A stretch of DNA of 64,000 nt from Spirochaetales bacterium (GTDB taxonomy: Bacteria > Spirochaetota > Spirochaetia > JABEVK01), in assembly GCA_037142615.1 (NCBI GenBank), contig JBAXAI010000001.1, positions 224,001-288,000 of the forward strand, written 5' to 3'. Below, one piece after another: positions 29,856-39,838 of the stretch. The position numbers and the translations under genes were made by a program. The notes beneath the pieces were generated by a model. The model did no database searches. It worked only from the letters and a program-made list of their open reading frames with translations, and was not told the origin of the DNA. How positions within the stretch are numbered: position 1 is the stretch's first letter; every line of letters starts with the position of its first letter.

Positions 29856-30190
29856 GCGAGTCGAACTCCATGACTGAGGACATTCATTCCCAGTGGCCCG
29901 TTTTTGCTCCTGGCCCAAAGTTCTGGGGTGTAGACAATACTCCCCACCAACTCGCCAAGACCGTCGAGAATCCTATAATTGGCGTCGGCGACGGTTGAAC
30001 GGGACTCCTTGATGTCGCCTTCAGCCACGACGATCAGATCGTAGTCGGAGTTCTCATGGTGATCGCCCCTGGCCCTGGACCCAAACAACCACAGTTCCTT
30101 GAGGCGAGGCCCAAGGAGCGTTCGCAAATCTCGAGTGTACGAGACGAGGACGGGGTCAGAGGTTTGCTGTGGGGCGGCTACGAAGTCCAT
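29852..30190 (-). CDS. minimal nucleotidyltransferase (MNT) antitoxin
   Basis: LFGSRARGD...SDYDL Pol-beta motif. Confidence 0.88.
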   Translation of the reverse strand: MDFVAAPQQTSDPVLVSYTRDLRTLLGPRLKELWLFGSRARGDHHENSDYDLIVVAEGDIKESRSTVADANYRILDGLGELVGSIVYTPELWARSKNGPLGMNVLSHGVRLA

Positions 30191-30345
30191 GAGCCACTTT
30201 ACACCAACGATCGCGTTCGGTGAATACGCTGGAAGGTCGTGGATAGATTCACCATTCCCCGGGCTTGAGTTCGACATGTGGAACCTTCTCGCGAAGGACC
30301 ACCTCGACGTCGAGTGTGGCGAGAACTGCGAAGAGCCTTTCAAAG

Positions 30346-31413
30346 CTAGCACGCTGAGGTCGCTTCTCTAGGATCGAGTATGCCTGCTGAGACATCGCCG
30401 TCCGAACCGAGGTTTCTGCTTGGGTGAGTCCTTTGACTTTCCGAAAGGCCCGAAGAGTACCGGTCGGTCATGCGCCAATCAGAGTGCCCCACGGTTTGGC
30501 GCAGTTTCGCCTCGGGCACGTTGTTTTCGATCGCAAGCGTGATACAGGTATGGCGAAGGCTGTGCCAAACGAGATTCCAATTTCTCGCAGCGCACCCGCC
30601 AGGCATTCGGCAAAGAGATTGTGAGCGGGGGTTTTTGGGAGTCGCTCAATGAAGGAAAGACCAAGTCACGGGGCATTTGCCGCATCCGATAGGTCGTGGC
30701 CAGGTCCGCAAAGAGCGCGAACATGGCTGGCACAATTGCCGGGGTGCGGTCTTTCCCTGACTTTGCCGTAGGGTTGGGAAGGTTGTCACGCCCCCACGTC
30801 TCCGTGACCAGAATTTAGGTGGGGTGGACATTCTCCCACCGCAGTCCCCGAACCTCACCTGCGCGCATTCCTGTCAGCAACGAAAGGACGATCGCCGTTC
30901 GGTAGAGGATTTTTCCACTGTGCCAGATCGCGGGCGAAATAAGGGCGGCTACTTCAGTTGAGGTGAGTGCCCCCCGTTCCTTGGCGTGTACCACCGCTGG
31001 CTTTACCGACCGAGCTGGATTGGAAAGCATAAGCCCGTCCGCCAAGGCGAAATCCAATAGGATCCGCAGGTTGAAAAGGTCGTGGTTGATCATTTGGCCG
31101 GAAAGGTTACCAGACGCAAAGGCTTCGAGAACCCAGTTGTCAATGGACTCAGTCGAGAGGTCCTTGAACTTGACCTGGCCGAACATGGGCAAGAGGTGAT
31201 TGCGGGTGATCGAAATCCGGTCGGCCAATTTGGATCGCCCGATAGGCTTGCCCCGGCTCGTCTTGGCCTTGAAGTACCGGGTTTTCCAGAAGAACTCGAC
31301 ATCATTGAGCAAAGTTCGGCGATTTCCACCGGATTCCGTGAATTGAACCACGAAAACCGGCGAACCTGCCCGCTGAAAAATGGAATAGGATCGCCCGTTG
31401 TCGGGTGGATCAT
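30346..31413 (-). pseudogene. tyrosine recombinase/integrase, disrupted
   Basis: TGMRAGEV, AKSGKDR, HSLRHT, VGH...TDRY split by an in-frame TAA (30815) and a frameshift near 30620. Confidence 0.88.
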
Positions 31414-31445
31414 CTTAAGTCTCTACACCGTAGAAACTTATTCTA

Positions 31446-31519
31446 TGAACACGGCCAGGCTCGAACTGGCCACCTTCGGCTCCGGAGGCCGACGCTCTAT
31501 CCAAATGAGCTACGTGTCC
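31446..31519 (-). tRNA. tRNA-Arg(CCG)
   Basis: Minus strand GGACACG...CGTGTTC-A acceptor, GCTC/GAGC D-stem, TCGGC-CTCCGGA-GCCGA anticodon arm, TTCGA T-loop. Confidence 0.95.
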
Positions 31520-31609
31520 GACGGGACCAAAATACCCCAAAAGGACTCCTTTGTACAGAGGCTTGAGAATCCGCTTGCAGGAGCCCGAGTTTTGGAGTCA
31601 ACATGGGCA

Positions 31610-32758
31610 ATGACTCTGGAAACGCTCTTGGACAGACTCCTTCGCGAAACGGAACTCCCCTACCTGGACCGGTGGTTTGCCGGGATTTGCCGTGAAAACC
31701 ACTGGAACATCGGCGAACAAAGAGTCCTTTGGGACGGCCTGAGGCGCTCACTTGCAGGCGCTTTGGGGCTTGTTCCCGCAGCGAAGCAAGACGGCGACTC
31801 CAGCTGGGCCCTGGTTCGTGGCGCCTTGATGGGAAAGTCCTCACAGTGGGTACGGGCCACCTGGAAGACCTCACCCTCGACACCCACTGAGGCCGGAGTT
31901 CCGGGCTGGCTTTTGCCCCAATGGGACGCAAGAGTGGCAAGATCAAAGTGGAGTCCAGAGCAGCAACTTTTATTTCTGGGGTCCCAGATACTGGCGGCCC
32001 CCTTCCACGTACGGTTGAGCCCCTCTCCGGCAGGGATGCAGTTGCGCGAACTCTGGCTGGCGAACGGAAAGCTCACAATCGCGTCTGACGGGGTTCTTAT
32101 CTTTGGGGGCGAAGGACGTGAACTCCAGGAACCACTTCGCAACGGACTCTGCGGGATTCAGGATGGATCAAGCCAGAAATGTTTGCTCGGAATGGACTTA
32201 CGGCCAGGACTCCGTGTGTGGGACGTGTGCGCTGGGAACGGGGGAAAGACCCTCCTCGCGGCGGAAGCGCTCGAAAATCGGGGCGTATTGGTGGCCACCG
32301 ACATTGCATCCGGAAAACTGAAGAATCTGAAGGAGCGGGTAAGGCGCTCAGGCTGGCAAAACATCCGCCTGCAACACTGGGATGGCGAAAACCTGCCGGA
32401 CTTCGGCCGAGAAGTCGAGAAGCGAGCCGGTTTCGACCGGGTCATCGTGGATGCACCGTGCAGCGCAACGGGGACTTGGAGGCGCGATCCCGAGGCTCGC
32501 TACCGTATCACGCGCTCTGGCCTGTCGGAACTTACGCGCCACCAGTCACGTTTGCTGAGCCTAGGTTGGTCAGCCCTCAAGCCCGGCGGGCAGTTGGTCT
32601 ACATCACCTGCTCGTGGCTTCCGGAAGAGAACGAAGCCCAAGTGGAAGCCTTCCTTGAAAGAAATCCCGGCCGTCTGCTGAACCAATCGGAGTGGGGACT
32701 TCCCCACGACGACGCAAACTCGATGTTTTCGGCAGTCCTGCAGAAACCGCTTCGCTAG
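31610..32758 (+). CDS. RsmB/NOP2-family RNA m5C methyltransferase
   Basis: QDGSSQ, DVCAGNGGKT, VDAPCSATG, YITCS, ENE. Confidence 0.9.
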   Translation: MTLETLLDRLLRETELPYLDRWFAGICRENHWNIGEQRVLWDGLRRSLAGALGLVPAAKQDGDSSWALVRGALMGKSSQWVRATWKTSPSTPTEAGVPGWLLPQWDARVARSKWSPEQQLLFLGSQILAAPFHVRLSPSPAGMQLRELWLANGKLTIASDGVLIFGGEGRELQEPLRNGLCGIQDGSSQKCLLGMDLRPGLRVWDVCAGNGGKTLLAAEALENRGVLVATDIASGKLKNLKERVRRSGWQNIRLQHWDGENLPDFGREVEKRAGFDRVIVDAPCSATGTWRRDPEARYRITRSGLSELTRHQSRLLSLGWSALKPGGQLVYITCSWLPEENEAQVEAFLERNPGRLLNQSEWGLPHDDANSMFSAVLQKPLR

Positions 32759-32804
32759 ATCGACACTGCGACCTCGTGGTACAAACGAGCTCCGGAGGGG
32801 AACC

Positions 32805-34094
32805 ATGAACCTGCCTCATCTGCTCCAGAGCGTCATCGACCAACTTGAACACGAACCAGCGGTCGAAGCCATCGTTCTGGCCAGCTCCGACTACGAACTC
32901 AACATCTACCTCACGCAGGAACTTCCTGTGCAACGCAGGGCGGAGATTCTCGCACCCGTGACGACAATCCTTGAACTCAATAACCTCTGGAGTGAGACCA
33001 AAGACATCGGCGTGCTGAGCGATGGCACCGAAGTGGAGCTGGTCTACAGGAACCTGACGCGGTTTCGGACCCAGCTCCAAAGTTCTATGCTCAGGTTCGA
33101 AGCCACACTGGGGTACTCGACCCGCGCCTGGGCCAACGTCGTTGACTCGCGCGCGCTGTTTGATCGCGGTGGAGAGTTCAGGGCTTTTCAGAAGGAATTG
33201 GACGTTCCTTATGCACACGACCTGACCAAGGCTATCGTTTCCAAGAATTGGTCGATGCTTGGCGAATCCTCCCTCGGACTTCGCGCTCACGTGAAGCGGG
33301 CCCTTTTGGCGCGCGACTGGGTGAGTGTGCAGCACCGGTGCACGGCCTTTCTGGCCAGTGTGTTCGATGTGGTTTTCGCCGTCAATCAAGTACGAAACCC
33401 TGGCGAAAAGCGCCTCTTGGAACGCTCGCTGCGATTGGCCGAGCTTCCCAAGGACTTCGAACCGCTCGTCAACGCCGTGGCCGGCCCGAAAGGTAGCGAT
33501 CCGGCGTATCAACTTACCTCGCTCGAGGCACTCGCGACCTCGCTCGGCACTTGGCTCGAGGCCAAAGGTCTGCTTGGCTCAAACCCAACAACTCCTCGTC
33601 GGCAAACCGCACCGGCCTTAGAGATGGTCGCGCGCCGGGTCGGTACGCACTTGACTGTCTACACTGATGGTGGGTGCATCGGAAATCCCGGCAAAGGGGC
33701 CTGGGCGTTCCTGGTCGAAGACGGAACCACAACGCTTGAGGGCAGTTCCGGCGAACCGCTGACCACCAACAATAAGATGGAGCTGCAAGCCGTGATTGAA
33801 GCCTTGAAGGCCATCTCGGAGCGCGAGGATTGGAAAGGGCTGTCCGTGGTGATCCACACGGACAGCCAGTACGTCCGCAACGGCATCACCACCTGGATCA
33901 AGAGCTGGGAAGCCAACGGGTGGAAAACGGCTGCCAAGGAACCTGTCAAGAACAAGGAACTCTGGCTCTCGCTCCAGGCTTGGGACAGAGCTTTGGCGCC
34001 CCAATGGAAGTGGGTCAAAGGCCACGCGGGCAACCCGCGGAACGAGCGCTGCGACGCCCTGGTCCGGCAGACGATGGACAAAATCCAGCCGTGA
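32805..34094 (+). CDS. rnhA: DUF4037-like nucleotidyltransferase-fold domain fused to ribonuclease HI
   Basis: C-terminus YTDGGCIGNPG, TNNKMEL, TDSQY, WVKGH, NERCD; N-terminus GYST, FAVN...PGEKRL. Confidence 0.88.
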   Translation: MNLPHLLQSVIDQLEHEPAVEAIVLASSDYELNIYLTQELPVQRRAEILAPVTTILELNNLWSETKDIGVLSDGTEVELVYRNLTRFRTQLQSSMLRFEATLGYSTRAWANVVDSRALFDRGGEFRAFQKELDVPYAHDLTKAIVSKNWSMLGESSLGLRAHVKRALLARDWVSVQHRCTAFLASVFDVVFAVNQVRNPGEKRLLERSLRLAELPKDFEPLVNAVAGPKGSDPAYQLTSLEALATSLGTWLEAKGLLGSNPTTPRRQTAPALEMVARRVGTHLTVYTDGGCIGNPGKGAWAFLVEDGTTTLEGSSGEPLTTNNKMELQAVIEALKAISEREDWKGLSVVIHTDSQYVRNGITTWIKSWEANGWKTAAKEPVKNKELWLSLQAWDRALAPQWKWVKGHAGNPRNERCDALVRQTMDKIQP

Positions 34095-34141
34095 CTTGAA
34101 GCAAACAGCCCATGTTTCCCGTTAGGAAGACGGAGGCCAAC

Positions 34142-35641
34142 ATGGAAGTTTTCGGCTACGCGCCTTGGGGATACGAGGGGCATCTGGTACGGGTGGAAAT
34201 TGATTTGCATAGGGGCATCCCTGGGCTTGAAATTGTGGGTCTGCCTGGCAGCGCGGTCAAAGAGGCCCGCGACCGAATCCGAATCGCTCTGCATCGCGCC
34301 GGCTTCGTCTATCCCCAGGATCGAATCCTGATCAACCTGAGCCCCGCGGATCTTCCCAAAACCGGATCGGGGTATGACTTGCCCTTGGCCTTGGCGCTTC
34401 TGGCGGCCTCGGGGCAGTGGACGGCGGGTGAGGTTTCGCTCCTGGCCCACGGAGAACTTTCCCTCGACGGGAGCTTAAGGAGGGTTCCAGGAACCTTGGC
34501 AGCTGCGGCCAGGGCACACGAGCTCGGGCTGCGCCACATCGCCGTGCCGGAGGCTGCCGTTGCCGAGGCCCGCGGGGTGCCAGGCCTGGAGCTGCACGCG
34601 GCCGCAACATTGACCGAGTTGCTTGCCTTTTGGGAGCAAAGCAGCACGACGGGCACGACGGAGACACACCACGAGCTTGCGCCAACCGAACCGTTCCTGT
34701 TGCGGGGACAACCTGAAGTTGTCAAAGCTCTTCAGGTTGGCGCAGCCGGTGGGCACTCGATGCTGCTCTACGGTCCTCCAGGGAGCGGCAAGACGTTAGC
34801 CGCACGAACCTTCGAGAGCCTCTTGCCACCCTTTGACGGTGACCTCTCGCTGGAGACTTCCCGTCTTTGGTCGTTGGCGGGAAAATCCCCCGATCCCCAG
34901 GGGTTGCTGGTATCCCGACCCTTCCGGGAGCCGCATCACAGTGCTTCCACGGAGGGCATTCTAGGGGGCGGGCCGCTGCTGTCGCCGGGTGAGATTTCCC
35001 TGGCCCACCATGGCACGCTCTTCCTGGACGAAGCCCCGGAGTTCTCACCCCGCCTGTTGCAGGCCCTGCGTGAGCCGCTGGAGTCCGGACGGATACAGGT
35101 GGTCCGCGCCGGTCGTTCTGCCTGGTATCCAGCCCGCTTTCTCCTGTTGATGACGGCCAATGGATGCCCTTGCGGGCAAACGGGTAGTCACAAGGGAACC
35201 TGCTTCTGTTCCGCACAGCAAGTTCGCCGCTATTGGGACCGTATCGGCAACGCGCTGATGGACCGCGTGGATCTGCGTGTCTTCATGACCCCAGCCGACC
35301 CTCAGGAAGTTCTCCAGGCACCAGCCTTGTCGTGGGAGGAGGTCCGCGATCCGGTGCTGGTGGCTCGCCAGCGCCAACGCGAGCGCGGGCAGGGGCCCTC
35401 GAGACCTAACAGCCTGCTTGGACTCGAGGAGCTCCGCGACCTTTCGGCGCTCAAGGCTGATAGTCACGATCTGCTGGCTCGTTGGGGCCACCGGGAGGAC
35501 TGGTCTACACGGGCTCTGGGATCTGTTCTTCGCGTGGCTCTCACCCTGGCTGACCTGGAGGCGAGTCCAGTGCTGCTGCGGCACCTTGAGGCGGCCTGTA
35601 ACCTTCGCAAACCTTCCGGAGGCGAACCCTGGAGGGACTGA
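34142..35641 (+). CDS. comM: YifB/ComM Mg-chelatase-like AAA+ ATPase
   Basis: VGLPGSAVKEARDR, GPPGSGKT, PGEISLAHHGTLFLDE, CPCG. Confidence 0.92.
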   Translation: MEVFGYAPWGYEGHLVRVEIDLHRGIPGLEIVGLPGSAVKEARDRIRIALHRAGFVYPQDRILINLSPADLPKTGSGYDLPLALALLAASGQWTAGEVSLLAHGELSLDGSLRRVPGTLAAAARAHELGLRHIAVPEAAVAEARGVPGLELHAAATLTELLAFWEQSSTTGTTETHHELAPTEPFLLRGQPEVVKALQVGAAGGHSMLLYGPPGSGKTLAARTFESLLPPFDGDLSLETSRLWSLAGKSPDPQGLLVSRPFREPHHSASTEGILGGGPLLSPGEISLAHHGTLFLDEAPEFSPRLLQALREPLESGRIQVVRAGRSAWYPARFLLLMTANGCPCGQTGSHKGTCFCSAQQVRRYWDRIGNALMDRVDLRVFMTPADPQEVLQAPALSWEEVRDPVLVARQRQRERGQGPSRPNSLLGLEELRDLSALKADSHDLLARWGHREDWSTRALGSVLRVALTLADLEASPVLLRHLEAACNLRKPSGGEPWRD

Positions 35642-35677
35642 GTGGTCGAGCTCGTACTGGCTTGCTATATTAGGCAG

Positions 35678-36895
35678 ATGAAACTCTACAGCCGATCCAC
35701 GCTGGTCTGGGCCTTGATTTCGGGTCTCCTTTTCTCGGCCGTTCTCGCTCTTGGGGGTTTTGTTTGGTATCTCAAGGCCGAAGAAGGGCATTCGGTCACC
35801 CAGACCGCGCAAAACTTGAAGTCGCCAGCCCTTCCCGCGGTTCAAACCGGGGTGAATGCCATTTCACTTCAAGACGATTTTTCTGCCGAGGAAAAACAGA
35901 ACATCAGCATTTACGAATCGCTCAACGCCGGCGTTGTCAACATCACCACCGAGGTGTTGGGGTACAACTGGTTTCTCGATGCGGTTCCCCAGTCAGGAGG
36001 AACCGGTTCCGGTTCGATCATCGACAAGAAGGGCTATGTTCTGACCAACCAGCATGTTGTGAACAACGCGGTGAAGGTCACAATCACGCTCGCGGACGGA
36101 ACCCAGTTTGACGGCGAGACTATCGGCAAGGACCCCGAGAACGACCTTGCCGTGGTCAAGTTTGACCCCAAAGGCCGTGAGCTGACGACCATTCCGATGG
36201 GCACCAGCACCAACTTGCGCGTGGGTCAGAAAGTTCTCGCGATCGGCAATCCCTTTGCACTGGACCGGACCCTGACCACAGGAATCGTCAGCGCGCTCGG
36301 AAGGCCGCTGAAGAACGACAATGGCGTCGTCCTGCACGAGCTCATACAGACCGATGCTTCCATCAATCCCGGCAATTCGGGTGGTCCACTTCTGAACACC
36401 AGGGGCCAGATCATCGGTATCAATACCATGATTTACTCTCCCACAGGCGGTTCAGTTGGAATCGGCTTTGCCGTGCCCGTTGACACTGCGCGGCGTGTTG
36501 TTCCGGAGCTCATTCAGTATGGAATGGTGAAACGAGGATGGATCGACGTGACGCCCGTCCAGCTATTCCCCCAGTTGGTACGCTATGCTCGGCTTCCCAT
36601 CGACAAAGGCATCCTTGTATCTAAGCTCGCCGCGGGAGGGTTGGCCGAAAAGTCGGGCCTCAAGGGGGGCGACCCAAGTCAGGGCGTGAGGTATGGAAAC
36701 TCAGTCCTCTACCTTGGTGGTGATATCATCACCTCGATCAACGGCACCGAGATTGCGGTCTTGGCCGACCTTTACACCGCGCTTGAATCGACCCGGGCAG
36801 GAGACAAGGTGAAGGTGACCGTCAACCGTGCAGGCCGCAAGGTTGACCTTTCGGTTACCCTTGCCGAGCGCACCGCCCAGGACCAGCTCGAGTGA
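35678..36895 (+). CDS. htrA: HtrA/DegP-family serine protease with one PDZ domain
   Basis: LTNQHV, DLAVV, TDASINPGNSGGPL; N-terminal TM. Confidence 0.93.
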   Translation: MKLYSRSTLVWALISGLLFSAVLALGGFVWYLKAEEGHSVTQTAQNLKSPALPAVQTGVNAISLQDDFSAEEKQNISIYESLNAGVVNITTEVLGYNWFLDAVPQSGGTGSGSIIDKKGYVLTNQHVVNNAVKVTITLADGTQFDGETIGKDPENDLAVVKFDPKGRELTTIPMGTSTNLRVGQKVLAIGNPFALDRTLTTGIVSALGRPLKNDNGVVLHELIQTDASINPGNSGGPLLNTRGQIIGINTMIYSPTGGSVGIGFAVPVDTARRVVPELIQYGMVKRGWIDVTPVQLFPQLVRYARLPIDKGILVSKLAAGGLAEKSGLKGGDPSQGVRYGNSVLYLGGDIITSINGTEIAVLADLYTALESTRAGDKVKVTVNRAGRKVDLSVTLAERTAQDQLE

Positions 36896-38868
36896 GGTTC
36901 ACCGTCCAGGCTCCTTTTGAGCCTGCTGGGGACCAGGCCCAGGCCATCGCCAAGCTTTCCCAGGGCCTGCGAAACGGCCACAAGTTCCAGACCCTCAAAG
37001 GCGTCACGGGGTCGGGCAAGACGTACACCATGGCAAAGGTCATCGAGGAGCTTCAGACCCCGACACTGATCATGAGTCACAACAAGACACTAGCGGCCCA
37101 GCTCTACCGGGAGTTCAAGGACTTCTTCCCCGACAACGCCGTCGAGTATTTCGTGTCGTACTACGACTACTACCAGCCCGAAGCGTACGTCCCATCCAAG
37201 GACCTCTACATCGAAAAGGACTCTTCCATCAATGAAGAGATCGACCGTTTGCGCCTTTCGGCAACGACGTCGCTCGCCTCGCGCCGTGATGTCATCGTCG
37301 TAGCCACCGTCTCGGCCATCTACGGTTTGGGAAGCCCGGTCTCGTACCTGGAAATGGCGCAGGAAATCCGCAAAGGCCAGCGGCTCTCGATCGACGAACT
37401 CAAACGCACGCTTATCACCCTTCAATACGAGCGAAACGACGCCGTGCTCGAGCGGGGCAGTTTTCGGGTCCGAGGCGAGGTGCTCGAGATCTGGCCGGCC
37501 TACATGGAAGAAGGCTTCCGCATAGAGACCGAATGGGGTGACGTGAGCCGTTTGCGGCGGTTTGACTGTCTTACCGGCAACACCCGCGAGGAACTGGAAA
37601 TCCTTTCGATCTTTCCAGCCAAGCATTTTGTCCTCCCTGAGAGCCAGGTCAAGAGCGCCGTGGAGCGAATACGCGAGGAACTTGACGCCCAGCACGCGAA
37701 CTTCCTGGCCACGGGAAAGCCTCTTGAGGCCGAACGGATCAAGCAGCGCACCGAGTACGACCTCGAAATGATGTCGGAAATGGGCTATTGCTCGGGAATC
37801 GAAAACTATTCCCGTCAATTGACAGGCCGCAGAGAGGGCGAAAGACCGGCGGTTCTGCTCGACTACTTTCCCAAGCAGTTCCTGACGTTCGTCGATGAGT
37901 CCCACGTTTCTCTGTCACAGATTCGGGCCATGTATCTGGGCGACCGGAGCCGCAAACAGACGCTGGTTGACTTCGGATTTCGGCTGCCGTCGGCCCTCGA
38001 CAACCGCCCCTTGTTCTACGAGGAGTTTGAAGGGTTGCTCGACCGAACCATCTACGTGTCGGCCACGCCAGGCAAGGAAGAGGCCTCCAAAGCCGTTCAG
38101 GTTGTCGAGCAGATCATCCGACCAACGGGGCTTTTGGATCCCGTCATAGAAGTTCGCCCCACCGAAGGGCAGATTGAGAACCTTTATGGGGAAATCCGGC
38201 GACGGATCGCGAGCAATCAGCGCGTCATGGTGACCACCCTCACCAAGAAGATGTCGGAAGAGCTTTCGGCCTATTTCGCCCAAATGGGCCTGAAAGTTCG
38301 CTACCTGCATTCCGAAATTGAAACCTTCGAGCGCGTAGACATACTTCGCGACCTGCGGGCGGGAACCATCGATGTACTCGTCGGTATCAACCTGCTTCGG
38401 GAAGGCTTGGACACACCCGAGGTTTCGCTCGTGGCGATTCTCGACGCCGACAAGATCGGTTTTCTCCGTTCTGCCACTTCGTTGATCCAGACGATCGGAC
38501 GAGCGGCACGCAATTCTGACGGACTGGTACTGATGTACGCTGACCGCATCAGTCCGGCCATGGCCACGGCGATCGAGGAAACCCAAAATCGGCGTGACCG
38601 GCAAATGGCGTATAACACGCAACACGGCATCACGCCTGCAACCATCGTCAAGGCAGTCCAAGATATTCTCCACCGCGAAGCACCGACTCCGGCCGATCAG
38701 CACCGTCAAACTGTGGAACAAATGAAGCAGAAGTTCAACGTGCTGGTCCCGGCGCAGAAGAAAGCCTTGATCAGCGCGCTCGAAAAAGAGATGCTGGAGC
38801 TCGCCAAGAACCTCGAGTTCGAAAGCGCGGCGTTGATCCGCGACGAGATCCAGAAACTGAAGAAATGA
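36892..38868 (+). CDS. uvrB: excinuclease ABC subunit B
   Basis: GVTGSGKT, YYDYYQPEAY, DESH, QTIGRAAR, C-terminal UVR. Confidence 0.98.
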   Translation: MRFTVQAPFEPAGDQAQAIAKLSQGLRNGHKFQTLKGVTGSGKTYTMAKVIEELQTPTLIMSHNKTLAAQLYREFKDFFPDNAVEYFVSYYDYYQPEAYVPSKDLYIEKDSSINEEIDRLRLSATTSLASRRDVIVVATVSAIYGLGSPVSYLEMAQEIRKGQRLSIDELKRTLITLQYERNDAVLERGSFRVRGEVLEIWPAYMEEGFRIETEWGDVSRLRRFDCLTGNTREELEILSIFPAKHFVLPESQVKSAVERIREELDAQHANFLATGKPLEAERIKQRTEYDLEMMSEMGYCSGIENYSRQLTGRREGERPAVLLDYFPKQFLTFVDESHVSLSQIRAMYLGDRSRKQTLVDFGFRLPSALDNRPLFYEEFEGLLDRTIYVSATPGKEEASKAVQVVEQIIRPTGLLDPVIEVRPTEGQIENLYGEIRRRIASNQRVMVTTLTKKMSEELSAYFAQMGLKVRYLHSEIETFERVDILRDLRAGTIDVLVGINLLREGLDTPEVSLVAILDADKIGFLRSATSLIQTIGRAARNSDGLVLMYADRISPAMATAIEETQNRRDRQMAYNTQHGITPATIVKAVQDILHREAPTPADQHRQTVEQMKQKFNVLVPAQKKALISALEKEMLELAKNLEFESAALIRDEIQKLKK

Positions 38869-38875
38869 GGCCTGA

Positions 38876-39262
38876 ATGGTGCGCTGTTCCCTTCTCCTGA
38901 TTGTCTTGGCGGGCCTCTTGGGTTCGTGCAACCGCGTCGACAAGTACGAAGGGCTCACACTGCCTGCTACGCCCGTTCTCACGATTCAGACCTATTATGG
39001 CGTTGTAGACTTTGTGCTGGTGAGGGTACGTGAGAGTCCGGTTCAGGACGGCAATCTGGTCACTATGCTGCGTGCCGGGACAATCGTTGAAATTGTCACG
39101 TCCTCGAGCAGCGAAGAAACGATCGAGGGAAAAAACGACCGGTGGTATCAGATTCAGTTTCAAGGGAGGCGAGGGTGGGTTTTCGGCTCGTACCTCAAGA
39201 TCTTCGACAGCCTTGACAAGGCCCGCAACGCGGCAAAAGCCGCCCCCAAAGAAAAGCCCTAG
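38876..39262 (+). CDS. SH3-domain lipoprotein
   Basis: LLGSC lipobox; VRVRESP...WYQI...GWVFGSYL. Confidence 0.8.
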   Translation: MVRCSLLLIVLAGLLGSCNRVDKYEGLTLPATPVLTIQTYYGVVDFVLVRVRESPVQDGNLVTMLRAGTIVEIVTSSSSEETIEGKNDRWYQIQFQGRRGWVFGSYLKIFDSLDKARNAAKAAPKEKP

Positions 39263-39837
39263 GTACGCACCAGCGAAACGAAGTACCGGTGCACAGCCGA
39301 AGACTCTGTCAACTCGGGATGGAAACTGGCCGCCAGAACATTCGCAGACCGCACCAAAACCGGTGAACCCTCATACTCGGCCAAGACTGTGACACCCTGC
39401 CCAAGGCGGACAATACGCGGGGCCCGGATGAAGATCGCGGGAATCGATTGTGGGTTTGGCCCACCAAGGTTTGCCGACAACTGGGTCTCGAAACTCTCGG
39501 TTTGACGGCCGTACGCGTTGCGTTCGACGCTGATGTCGAGCGCGCCCAGCAACGGCTGCTCGCGGCCAACGACTTCCACCGCGAGCAGAATCATTCCTGC
39601 GCAGGTCCCGAAAACCGGCAAGCCCTCGGCCATCCGCTTCAGCAAGGGGCTAGTCAGGCCCTGCAGGTTCAGCAGTTTGCCGATCGTTGTGCTTTCCCCA
39701 CCAGGGATCACCAAAGCGTCCACGGCCGCCAGATCGGCGACCGTGCGCACCAAAATCGTCGTGACACCTGACAAACCCGCGAGAGCTCGAAGGTGCGGAT
39801 CGTACCCACCCTGGAGGGCCAGAACTCCAACCGTCAC
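39259..39837 (-). CDS. pdxT: PLP synthase glutaminase subunit
   Basis: GVLALQG, PGGEST, GTCAG, FHPEL. Confidence 0.96.
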   Translation of the reverse strand: MTVGVLALQGGYDPHLRALAGLSGVTTILVRTVADLAAVDALVIPGGESTTIGKLLNLQGLTSPLLKRMAEGLPVFGTCAGMILLAVEVVGREQPLLGALDISVERNAYGRQTESFETQLSANLGGPNPQSIPAIFIRAPRIVRLGQGVTVLAEYEGSPVLVRSANVLAASFHPELTESSAVHRYFVSLVRT

Positions 39838-39838
39838 G

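Larger units (their letters stand above)
29300..31445 (-). mobile_element. decayed integrative islet at the tRNA-Arg 3' end
   Basis: Integrase relic directly downstream of the tRNA, with a TA pair as cargo; boundaries approximate. Confidence 0.7.

Noticed and set aside
31082-31609. N-terminal extension of the 558-aa methyltransferase ORF
   Set aside because: It runs antisense across the integrase relic and tRNA-Arg; the start near 31610 is more plausible.
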